Translations under genes and position numbers: made by a program
Shown: piece after piece, positions 1 through 11,850 of the stretch
Position numbering within the stretch: position 1 is the first letter of the stretch
How the letters are laid out: each line of letters opens with the position of its first letter
Notes under the pieces: model-generated
What the model saw: only the letters and a program-made list of their open reading frames with translations
The model's database searches: none
Told to the model about the DNA's origin: nothing
NCBI GenBank assembly: GCA_034780895.1
Contig: JAUZTB010000063.1
Span: 20,017,764-20,081,763, forward strand
Length of the DNA stretch: 64,000 bases
From: Rhynchobatus australiae
Taxonomy: Eukaryota
Direction: 5' to 3'

Positions 1-3000
1 CCTCTTGTCGCCACCATTTCAGCCCTGGGGAAAAGCCTCTGACTATCTACCTGATCAATACCTCTCATCATCTTATATATCTCTATTTATATAAATATTC
101 TGAAGTTTTGTGTTTACTATGACAACACATGTCAGTGATAGCAAAGATGAAATGCCTTTGGTGTTTCCTTTTCGTATCCAACATCAGCGTTAAGTATTTC
201 GCGGCAAAATATAGGATAAGCAAGCAGAAAAGTGAAAATATTTACACAGTTCCCTGTTATTTATTTTTCTACTGCAAGTTTAACATTTTCACTTTCACGT
301 TACCAGGCCTGACAGTCTCATTATCTGGATATTGTGGTCAGCAACAATGCTTGCTATTTACCTTGAAGAGAGCTTCCCATGATAATCTCGTGGTCTGGAG
401 TTTCCCGTGAAGATCTCGTGGTCTGGCCTTCCTACCATGCTCTGTAACCTTCTGCAATTCTGTGTGGATTTCCCATTTTCTAGTATCAGTTGCTATAACA
501 CATTAATTTTAGTTGATCCCTTGCATCTAGCAATAGTGATGATGTCAAGCTCACTAAACACACTGCCACATTGAAGAATTACTGTAGAATCAGGATTTCT
601 GCCATTTATTGCATTTGTTTAATCAGGAAGATATTAGCTAATATTGAAGATTTCCCTGGGCTATTAATAGGTTATTGGATAGGTTGATATTTATTCGGTG
701 GTTTTATTTTAAACTCCATTTCATGTAGAATTGCTATTGGAGATATTTATATCTTGGGTAAAGATAAATATTGGTTAATAAGTGGTGTATAACTAGCTGG
801 TTACAATCACATTATTATACCTGCTGTGCTGTAGTGGGATCTTCACTGATGTAGCAGCCTGTTAATTTGTGACAATGCCCAGCCTAAAAGTCAGCCCTAA
901 TTTGTTTACATTAGTACAAAACTCATTTGAGCCAGGATAAGCTGCATTAAAGCTTTTTACAATTTAGTTAAGAAGTATGTGTTCAGAATCTTAAAACTAC
1001 TTTTTTAAAAAAAATTGTCTACTATTTTTACTTTTAAGTGTTTATTGAGATTTGAGCATATCTACTTGTAAAAACGCACATCATATTGCGGTCAAAGTAT
1101 GGTTGATAAATTCCATCATGAACAACATTTAAATCCAATCTTTTACATTAGAAAGTACACAGTATGTGCAGTTTGGCCGTGGAGCTGTTTGTGCAATGCA
1201 AGACCAGATGTTTAAAATAATGTGCTGTACAAATTAGATGTTAATTCTCTAAATTTCATCGAAATTCTAATGATGGAAATCTATTAGAATCACTGCATCT
1301 CATTTTGCATCTTTCATTGACTAACCCCATTCAATTATTCACTCTGTCATCGAAGTATTAAGTGTATTTTTTACTTACTCCTACTTACATCGACTTATTT
1401 GCTGGTTTGAGGAGTTGTGGGGCAAAAGATATAATTTCTCTCTCAAGTAAAATGTCCTTGGTTGTCTAAATATAAATGAAATCTCAATAAGATTAGTGAA
1501 AAGTATTAGCAGAGACCCATACATTTGCTCATCCTTCTATTGTTACAATTTTAAATAACAACATGCATTTCAACCATTACTTGGCTTGGAATGATGAAGT
1601 CAAGGGAGCTATTTAGCCTGTATCAGCTCATTTGAAAAGCCATCCCATTAGTTCCTTGCTCTTACCTCTTTCCTTGTAAGTTGCTCCTTTCTTAAAAATA
1701 TTGTTCTGGATAAGTTTCTCCTATTTGTAACTTCTCTTTATTTACTTGTCTGGACACTTTGCAGCCATTTTAAAAGTTGTACAGCTAAATGTAAATATCC
1801 CAGACTGCTCTGAATTAAAAATCCAGCCCCATATCTAACCTCCAGAAGCGACCAGTTTTCCCTCTGATATTGTGCATTCCCATCAATTGGGCTGAATGGC
1901 CTGTTTATAGTTTGTAAATATTATGCAATTCTTATACTCAGTCCATTTTCCTTAAGTACACTTACAGTCAATAATGGGTAAATTTCTAGTGATCTTTCAG
2001 TAGCTTTAGTATTGAGGAAAATCTATAAATGAGTTTAAGACAAATGTATGCTTGTGTAAGCAGATTCATTTTGTTGTTACTGTGGAAATTGTTCTTAAAT
2101 GGTTGAACACATTGCACTTGAGTTAAAGCTATTGTGTGATAGTTCAACTTCCACTTTTAGTACTTAATATTTGAGAGCTTGGTAAACAAGGGTTACCTTC
2201 AAACATGATCAAGCTGTTACTGTTGTGCTAGTTTTATTCACATTGTAAGCAGAAACAAATGTGAGCACTTCATATGACCAAAAATGTACTTTGTTGAAAT
2301 CTTACAGTATTCTTAAACTCTGTTGTTTGACGTGGTAAGTTGATTGCAGTTATATGGTGAATGCTCTGTGTTAGATCTGTCCTTTAGGTTGAATATTTTT
2401 TTCTGAGACCCGTTGAGTGTATTCTGATGTTGATTCATAGAGATAATGAACTTCCTGAGGAGCTTTAACTTATTTTTGAAAGTTGTATGACTCCACAATT
2501 TTTATATATATCACACAGTCACTGATAATTGCTACAGAGTCTGCTATCTGGTGTGCAAGTCTTCTTTATGTCCTTTTTAAAAAATGTGAGTAAGAAGCAT
2601 TGCCAAGTAGTCGGTCTTACTTCAAGACGGTGGTATATTTTGAGATAGTCATGTGTTGCAAGTTGTTAAGATTTGCATTTTGTAAAATATTATGAAGTTA
2701 CAATAGCGATAGACCCATATTAGTCTAGATATGTGGTAGTTCCAAGTCAGACCTTGTAAGAATTTGAGTCATGAATGAAAAATCCAATTCTGCAATTTAT
2801 ATTGTCATGGATCTGATGCAACAATGTGAATTGGAAGGTGCCATCTAGATATTTCTAGATCTTTGTTTTGGAATCGTGTATTAAAACCGCCTGCAGCTGT
2901 ATAGTTATTATTTAATGTTGGATTTACATAAAGCAGCAAAGTTCAAATCTTCTTATTAGCTATTCAATGACTTGATTTTTATAGCCATTGAAATATTTTT

Positions 3001-4051
3001 GAATGGTTGTCTCTGTTGTAAGAAATGTGTCAACAGGTTTGACCTCAGAACTCCCTTAATCAGTCATGTGATAATGACCAAATGATTTGTTTTGCTGTTA
3101 AATGATAGATGATTGTTGGCCAACCTGCACTGGGAATAACTCATCTCCTCGTGTTCAGAATGGGGCCATGGAATCTTTTGTGTTTATCCAAGAAATTATC
3201 TCTTCNNNNNNNNNNNNNNNNNNNNNNNNNNNNNNNNNNNNNNNNNNNNNNNNNNNNNNNNNNNNNNNNNNNNNNNNNNNNNNNNNNNNNNNNNNNNNNN
3301 NNNNNTCTTCTAAAATGTGGCACCTTTAACAGTGCAGTACTCCCTTCTGTACTGCAGCCCCTCAGTACTGCACTGAAATATCAGCCCCGATTGTTATTTT
3401 TCATTCAAGTCTCCAGAGTGAAACTTGAACTCGTGTTCTCCTGAATTGGGGGTGAAACTGACGACCAAAGCTTCTAATTCAATGAAGGTAACCTACGTAA
3501 TGAGAATGCATACTCTTAATCAAGGAATGAGATTGTTACAAGGTATTAAATGTTTTGCCGCATGCAAACTTCCAACCAAGTGAAGGTGTAATAAAGTAGT
3601 ATTATTGTTCTGCTGTTCAATAAATATTTCATTGCCAGTTGTTAACTTGTTTTTCCAATCACGTCCATGGAGATGAGACTAAAATTATGTACTTGGCGAT
3701 GTTTTGGAAGAATCCAAGCTAATAGATGCATTGTGAATAAATGAAAGGCCAAATACATTTTTTCTGTATGCTTTTTATTTTCAAATATGTCATGTATAGC
3801 AGTTTTTCCCTTGTTAATCTGATACTTTTTTTTGTAGCATAACAGTAAGGAATGGGAGTATGAAGAAGAGCAAAAGAGGTTATTGGCACTTCTCCCACTT
3901 ATGAAAATTCTTGTAAACAAGTTTGTATTTAAATGCCAGAGTTCCAAACAAGTTGAGAAATGAATGTTTTGGTATGCTTTCCTTTATATTTCTTGCTTTC
4001 AACCTCCCCTGGTGCTGCGTGCATGGAGTTTGTATGTTCTTCCTGTGACCA

Positions 4052-4555
4052 TGTTACGAACCAGCAACAAAAGAAGCACACTGAGTCATGATTCAGTGTT
4101 TAAAAACTACTTTATTAATAGTTACTTATTATCATAAGAAAAATAAAGGTAAAAATGTTATAATGTTAGAACTTAAAATGTTAAACCTTGAACATTAACC
4201 CCAAAAACTAACTAAACCCATTGTGTGTGTGTGTGTGTGGCAAATTCCCAAACTCCAAGTTCATGGAATTGTTCTTAAAGTTTAGATTGGCAGGCCATTA
4301 GGTGAAACATGATCAAAGGCTTCTTCAACAACCGCCGTTGACTGAAGATAAGACGTAGATGTAGAGAGAAAATAGAGAGTAATTACAAAATCCAAATGTT
4401 CCACGATGGAACCCNNNNNNNNNNNNNNNNNNNNNNNNNNNNNNNNNNNNNNNNNNNNNNNNNNNNNNNNNNNNNNNNNNNNNNNNNNNNNNNNNNNNNN
4501 NNNNNNNNNNNNNNCAACGTCATGACGTCCTTTATCTTCTGTTGACGTAAGCACG

Positions 4556-4594
<39 letters not shown>

Positions 4595-4640
4595 CCCTAT
4601 CTTAAAGGATCATTCATCAATAGTAAACTAGTCTCTAACA
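4052..4640 (-). mobile_element. LTR-type insertion (solo LTR or gap-collapsed LTR element) inside a SINE
   Basis: Termini TGTTA...TAACA; 5-bp TSD GACCA (4047-4051 and 4641-4645); minus-strand AATAAA at 4111-4116; contains a 100-N gap. Confidence 0.75.
4557..4591. repeat. (CA)n microsatellite; a (TG)n tract also lies at 4222-4239
   Basis: Direct reading. Confidence 0.95.
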
Positions 4641-4679
4641 GACCACATGTGTTTTCTCTGGTTGTCATGTATATAGAGT

Positions 4680-6030
4680 CATATGGGACAGCATTAGGTT
4701 CTTTGGCCTACTATATCGATGCTAATCAATTCCCATGTACACTAATCCCATTTACCAACACTTTGTAGCTTTCTAGGTCATTGCCAGTTCTAGTTTCATG
4801 TGGAAAGTTATTAATTGTGAGAGTACCCACTTCCACCATCCACTCGGTAGCTTTGCTGATTCCAACCATCATATGGGTGGGGGAAAGAAAACTTCCTTGG
4901 ATTACCTCTAAACTTATTACCCTTAACCCATGCTTTTGAACGCTTCTGTTGTGTGGAAAAATTTCCAACTATCCAGTCTATGCCAGTCACAATTTTGTAT
5001 ACCTCAGTTAGGTTGCCCCCCTTTTTTTGCTCTAAGGAAAACAAGCCTCACCTTTTTACTCTCTCATCAGTGAAATGTTCCATCTCAGGCAATATCCTGA
5101 AATCAGACTTTCCTATAGACAGTGATATAACTGCAGACAGTACTCAGCTATGGCCAAACTAACGTTTTATAAAACTAACTTCCCTGCTCTTGTATTCTGT
5201 GCTCCAACTAATGAAGGCTAACATCCTCTATGCCTTGTTCACCATCATTATCTGCCTTAGCTACCACCTTCAGAATCCTTGGACTTGGATACCAAGGCCC
5301 CCATGTTCCTCAGTACTTCCAAGAGCCCTACCATTCATTGTACATATCCCACCCTTATTAGTCCCACCAAATTGCATCACTTCAGACTTATCAGGATTAA
5401 AATTCATCTCATTGCTCCATCAATCTTACTACCTGATCAACATTTTCCTGCAATCTAAAACCATTCTGCTTGCCATCAATATTTCTGCCAACTTTTGTGT
5501 CATTTGCAAACTTACTAATCATACATCCCACAGTGATATCTAAGTTGCTAATGTATATATTTTTTTTAAGTAAAAGTAAAAGTCCCAGCATCAATCCCTG
5601 TGGTACAAGCTTCCATTACCCTCTGCCTCCTTTTAATAAGCCAATTGTGGATCCAATTTGCCTTGGATCCCATGGCCTCTAACTTTTTGGATCATTCTTA
5701 TTGAAGTTCATGTAGATCATATCAATTGCATTGCCCTCTTTATTACCTATTACAAAAATCTAATTAAATTGGTCAGACAGGATCTCCTTTAACAAAGCCA
5801 TGCTGATTGTCTTTGATTAATGCCTTATTTCCAAGTGTGGATTAATTCTGTCACTCAATTTTTTTTTTCAGTAACTCCCCTACCACTAACAAACTTGGAG
5901 GCCTTAAGTTACTAGCCTTATGCCTGCTTCCCTTTGTAATTAAAGATACCCATTAGATATCCCTCATTCATCTGGCACTTGTAGCCAGTGAAGATTTAAA
6001 AATCTATGTCACTACCCCAGCATCCTCCGT
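4680..6030 (-). mobile_element. Decayed CR1 LINE (3' part of ORF2)
   Basis: Minus-strand peptides ISKFANDTKVG and FSLEQKKGGNLTEVYKIVTGID resemble the CR1 RT and C-terminus. Confidence 0.8.
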
Positions 6031-9000
6031 CCTTGCCTCCCATAGAAACCTAGGGTATATGTCATCAGTGTCTGGGGATTTATCCACTTTTAAGCAATAC
6101 AGCAAACTGGAAGAAGTGCAAGTGAATTGCTATTTCACCTGGAAAGAGTATTTAGATCCATGCATGGTGGGAAGGGAAGAAGTAAAAGTGCTGATTTTGT
6201 TTTCCTTGCCATTACATGGGAAGATGCCCCTTGAGAAGGGGACTGGTTGTTGCAGATGGAAGAGTGGAACCCACATCCTGAAGATGTGCAAGTTGATGGA
6301 CTACTTGGCCACTAGGGGAGTTGATGGGAATGTGTGTAAAATAAAATGGAATTCATGTGAGTGCTTGATGGTCACTGTGTGGGCTGAATGGGATGAGGGG
6401 CTAGTTTATGTGCTCTGTGACTATTGGAATTCTTAACTCAAGACTGAAAGCTCATTTGCTAAGTTTATTCAAGATAGAGATGGATAGATTTTTAGATGTC
6501 AAAGGAATGAAGATATTAGCTGAGGACAGTGGAATTGAGGTGAAAGATCAGCAATGATCTTATTGAATGGCAGAGCAGACATGAGGGACTGAATGGCCAT
6601 CTGCTTCTCCTTTTATTTCTTGTGTTGTAAATACAAACCATAAGAGTATGGCATGTGAATGACTAACATTTGTAGAACTGTATTGTAGCTAGGCTTCAGA
6701 AGAGAAACTGGCATCTTGAAGTCAAAATATTTCCATTAGCTACTGTTTAGGCAGTTTCCTATTTTAGTTCTTGTGTGTGCTTACTTAACACATTGGATGA
6801 ATGGCAGGGAGGTCATGGTAGGTTGCTGAAAGGGAGCTGATTAATGGTGAATAAACATGATTTTTCCTATAGCTCTTGCATTTGGACCTTCTACTGGATC
6901 TTCATAAAACATTCTGTAACAATATCTTACAAATGCTTCCAGATAATGATGGATAGTTTTAGAGAGTCAAAACACTAGAAATGTGTAAACTGTTGTTTTA
7001 TGCCAGTTGTGGCTCAATGATGATATCACTCAGCCAACCAATAGATGATACTTTGCCAATTAGGAAACCTTGCTTCATACACATTGTCTATCACAATTCC
7101 CTACATTACAAGATTTTCCAAGTCTTTGTTTATTTTCTTTCTTCTGCCTGAAATTTCATATATAAAATCATATTAGATGTATGTTAGATTTGGACGGTTA
7201 TTTTGTTTTTAATGTCAGAAAATCTGGCCAGATAAATGCCTTCCCAGTGTGTCCAGCATACTATTTTTGTGGAACTTTTGTAAGATATGTCCAGAAAACC
7301 ACTCTGCTTGTAAGGTACATTAACTTCCAGGCATCTGCTTTGGCTTGGTGGTAGTGCTCTCATTTGTGTGTTCGGGCCTTATTCCAGAGATTTGGGTGTG
7401 TAATCTCGTCTGGTAAGATTTGATTACAGGAGTGCCAGACTTCTAGAAGTTCTATCTGTAGGAGGAAGCTTTCAACTAAGGCTTTATCTGTCATAGATGG
7501 GTATGAATGATCTCCTGGTTCTATTTTGAAGGAGAACAGGATCGCTGTTATGTGTTCAGCCCAATATTTGTTTTTGTCTCTCGACCAACAGCATTTTCTA
7601 ATGCCTAAAAAGCTTCTAAGACTTGATATAACTTGTCTGGCTTGTGTTGCATTCTATTGTTTTGTCAAAATAATTTAATGTTGCTTTAGTATTATTAACT
7701 ATTCCTATATGGGGAATTGATTATATTTCACCAGAAGATCGGGGTTTCTCATTGTATGGAAATAGAGGCAGTTTTTTTTGGGGGTGGTGGGGAAGAGTTT
7801 CAAATGTTACACATCTGTTTAATTTTATCATCCACAACAATAAGTGTTTTGATGTTGTAGTCCTCTAATCTACTTTCTGTACATTCTTTAGATCCTTTAC
7901 TACATGACATCTATTTGAATGAAGGGCATTATGTTCCTTGACAAGTAGGGGCTGTGGATACAGTTCTCATCATGTGGTCAGGAATGGGTGTTGAAGATGA
8001 AGCAGGGTTGGTTCATGCCTAAATGCACCTAAAGCAGTATGTTAATTGTGTTTACCATGGAAGATGATTTTCTGCTTTTCTATGGAATTGAATTGCAATC
8101 ATTGTTTGCAAATACTGACCCAATATGACATTTATTTTCTTTTTGTACTGACATTTTGTAGAATATTAAAAAGACATGTAACCAAAGATCAAGATTTAAT
8201 AAAAATTCATAATTTTAAAGACTTCATTCAGAGCTGCTTCTTTGAACAGAATTGAAAGGGCTACAAATAGAGAGGAATGGCACTGGCAGGGTAAGACGTG
8301 TACTTGTCAAGGAAGAGTTCATTGTTGGAGCTGGAGAGACGATCATGTTGGAAGAATAGTGAGAGAGCGGGGTCAGGGTGGGATGTAAGGTCTGGGCCAG
8401 ATGGGGAAGTGATCGGGGTTGGGTAGGAGTTGGGGATAAAAGAGTCAGACAGAGTGTTAAAAGGGACATGGGGTAGTGGGTCAAACAAATAGCAGCAAGT
8501 TTGACAAAGTGGGAGTGAATACTGGGAAACCACTTAAATCACCAACCAGCAAAATACACTCTTTGTTTTTCCCAGCAGCACACCAAGTAAGGTCAGCCCC
8601 TTTAACTTGTGCCAAAGGAGGCCTGAATTCTCCGCCTAGATCTCTTCAGTACATGAATACGTGCAGAATAACTTAACACATGATAGCAGCATCTGAGCAT
8701 GCCTGGCTGCCTTTTCCCTGTACTTGTGGCGGTTGTACAAAATAACTGGAGCAGATTTATGGAAGCGTGTCCCCTGCGAACAACCAATCAGATTTTTGAT
8801 AACATTTATTTAAGTTGCTCACTAACAGGTTCTGCTATGTGCACAAGTTTCTGAGCTCAACAAGCGAGAAACTGCAGAAACTAGAAACCTAAAAATAGAC
8901 AATACTGGAAGATGCTCAACAGGTCAGGCAGCATCTATGGAGAGAGAAACGGAGGTAATATTTCAAGTTGATAACCTTCTATCAGAACTAGAAATTTTAG

Positions 9001-9559
9001 GCTGCTTGTTTTTCAAAAGGTTATCACGGAGGATAAGATAATATATTTATTAGCCACGTATACATCGAAACACACAGTGAAATGTGTCTTTTTGCATTAC
9101 TGAGAATGTGCTGGNNNNNNNNNNNNNNNNNNNNNNNNNNNNNNNNNNNNNNNNNNNNNNNNNNNNNNNNNNNNNNNNNNNNNNNNNNNNNNNNNNNNNN
9201 NNNNNNNNNNNNNNTGTCGAATTGCTCTGGACATTCTTGTGCATTTCCTTGCAGCTGGCTCAAAGACATTGGCAGTTTCTTGTACACTGGTTGATTCTTG
9301 CATTCCAGATAGGATTATGAAAAGTTAAAGTACACGATAGAAGTAAAAACTCCTCCAAAAAGAACCACAAAAAAAGTGATTTTTTTAAACTATTTACTCT
9401 GTTACCCTGATTGAAATTGAAGAGTCTGGAAAGAAATGGTAGAATAGGCTGATCTTTATGAACCTGAAATTTTATATAGGTTGAATTCTCAAAGAACCAT
9501 TTAAGCGGCATTACAAATTTGTCGAAGCTATAGATGTTTTCTGTTTCATTCGCTTGCAG

Positions 9560-10191
9560 GTAACGGTGAAAAAAGGAAACTTAGCACAGAAGAATTTCAG
9601 TTTAAAAAAATAAAGAAGAAAAAGAAAAAGAAACACAAGGAAAGCGAAAAACGAAAGCAGCCCAAAATGTGCAGCAAATCCATTCAAACCGTTTGTTCAG
9701 CATTAATGTCAGAAATCAAAGAGCAGCAGTTGACTTCAATACAAGATGGGAAAAAGCTAACCATTCTGTACCCAGATGATGGATTGCCTGAATGTCTGTC
9801 AGAGGAAAGTGGTCACCTTTTGCCTAATGTGTGCAACAACTCCAGTGTTGAAAACAAAGGTTCAAGGCTAAATATGTTGGAATTCAAAAGGTTTATCCAC
9901 ATAGAAGACCAGCCTAATGGAGGAGCTTCAGTGGTGCATGCCTACATGGATGAGCTCTCTTCACTATCTCCTGTGGAGATGGAGAGATTTTCAGAGGAAT
10001 TTGTGAATCTGACATTTAGTGAGAATAATTCTGCAGCCTGTTATGTCATGGGTATTGTTCATGGAGCTGCTGCGTACTTGCCTGATTTTCTTGAGTACTT
10101 TGCCTATAGCTTTCCAAATGCGCCAGTGAAGATGGAGATCTTAGGAAAGAAGGATATAGAGACAACTACCATTTCAAACTTCAATGCTCAG
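9560..10191 (+). CDS. RSBN1L: RSBN1L internal coding exon (first one seen in window): Lys-rich NLS-like tract and start of conserved domain
   Basis: Acceptor ttcgcttgcAG at 9558-9559, donor CAG|GTAGGG at 10192. Open frame reads ...FKKIKKKKKKKHKESEKRKQPKMCSKSIQTVCS...QPNGGASVVHAY...YVMGIVHGAAAYLPDFLEYFAYSFPNAPVKMEILGKKDIETTTISNFNAQ, recognisable as RSBN1/RSBN1L. The adjacent TMEM60 favours RSBN1L over RSBN1. Confidence 0.93.
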
Positions 10192-10739
10192 GTAGGGTGT
10201 GTGGGTGTGTAATTTAAAATTTAATATTAATGGCACCTGAGGAATTGGTGTTAGTACTTTCAGTTGGAAGCTACATCTGCTATATTTGACTTCTTAAAGA
10301 TTTGTTTTCACTCTACTAGGTTGCCTGGAGAGGGAGGGGAACCTGCCTTGGATATCTCTTTGTGCAATAATGGCTTCTATGGCCAGTCACTTATTGGAAA
10401 TTCCATGCCATCAGAAATAAAAACATAAGAATTTGTATTTCAGTTCATTATTATATGTTGTAAAGTAACCCTTTTCACCACTGGTATTGATGATGATGAT
10501 GATTGTTGAGGTTAGTGAAGTAAACCTGAAAGCCTATCAGAGGGGTCAGCCAGATGTCTGGGTCTCTGACTCTTCCCTTCCTTTCTGGATCTCTCCAGCT
10601 CCATCTCAGGGGTTGGCTTGCCATAAACATCCATTGGAAGCCCATGGACTCTCTCAGCTCTCTTGAACTTGTGTGCAAGCATTCTATTCTCCCAATTCTT
10701 CTTTGCACTTGCTGTAATAATGAGACTTTCTAGATGCCT

Positions 10740-11850
10740 CTGAAATATCTTCCTTCTTCCTAAACTGTGGCTTCCCTTCTCCCATAGTATACAGGGCCCT
10801 TGACCACATCTCATCTACTTAGCCACACCTCTGCCCTCACCTGCTCTTGAACAGGGCAAGAACAGTTCCCCTGAGCCTTGCCTTTCACCCAACCAGCCTC
10901 CCTACTCAGTGGATCATCCTTCATAATTTCCAACAGCTTCATTTAAGATTCCACCAACAGTCACACATCGTCTCCCCTTCCCTTTCAACATTTCAAAAGG
11001 ATTGTTCCCTTTGCAATTCCCTGGTTTTCTCTTCTGTCCCCACAATTCTCAATGGCATCTTACGGCATTTTCCCTGCAGTCATAGAATTTGGAAGTCTAT
11101 GGCAGTCCCTTCACCTCTTCCCTTCCCACCATCCAGGAACCCAAACATTGAGAAACAGTGATTTGCATATACATCTTCCAGTCTAGGGTACTGCATCTGG
11201 TGCTCATGATATGATCTCCGCATGGAAGAGACCATTGGGCAATTGCTTTGCGTTCAATTCACAAGAGTAACTGTAGGCTTCTGATTGCCTACTATTTTAA
11301 TTCTCTATCCCACTTCCATCTGACCTATCAGTTAGTGGCCTCTGCACTCTTATGAGGCTCAACAAAACACCTGAGGAACAGCACCTCATCTAACATCTGG
11401 GCATATTGCAGTCTTCTGGACTAATTCTTCAAGTTTAGTAACTTGCTCTTACTCTCCCTGGTCAGTTCTGTCAGTCATCCATCTGTGATTTTTGACTTGG
11501 ATTTTCTCTCTCCATCGGTGTGGCCTGTTCTGCTGGGCAAGTTCCACAGTCCTGCTATTAGCAACATGCACATGCAACACAGACAAGTAAGCATAATCTG
11601 CTTCTAACTGCTAGACGAACCTATTGGTCTAAATCTATCAGAGATGATCCGTTTTGCTCTACATATNNNNNNNNNNTCCCCCCCCCCCCCCTCCAAATTA
11701 TCTCTGGAACTGAAAACTAACTTGCTTTCTCTGTGTCCTAGTTCTGACAAAAGCAAAGGGGCCAAGATCTGAAACAATAACTCTTTCTCCTTGCACAGAT
11801 ACTGCCCGACTGTTGGATATTTTCTGCACTTTGTTTTTGCTTCAGATATT
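10740..11850 (+). mobile_element. Decayed Penelope-like element (RT-GIY-YIG linker, endonuclease remnant, terminal repeat)
   Basis: Peptides RTVPLSLAFHPTSLPTQWIILHNFQQL, TSSSLGYCIWCS and EEQHLI are typical of vertebrate PLEs. Ends in a hammerhead-like terminal segment at 11740-11782. Confidence 0.75.

Noticed and set aside
385-430. ATCTCGTGGTCTGG repeated twice
   Set aside because: Two-copy local duplication with no further structure.
1-9559. Upstream RSBN1L coding exons
   Set aside because: No Lys/Glu-rich exon with valid splice sites recognised; probably upstream of the window or in a gap.
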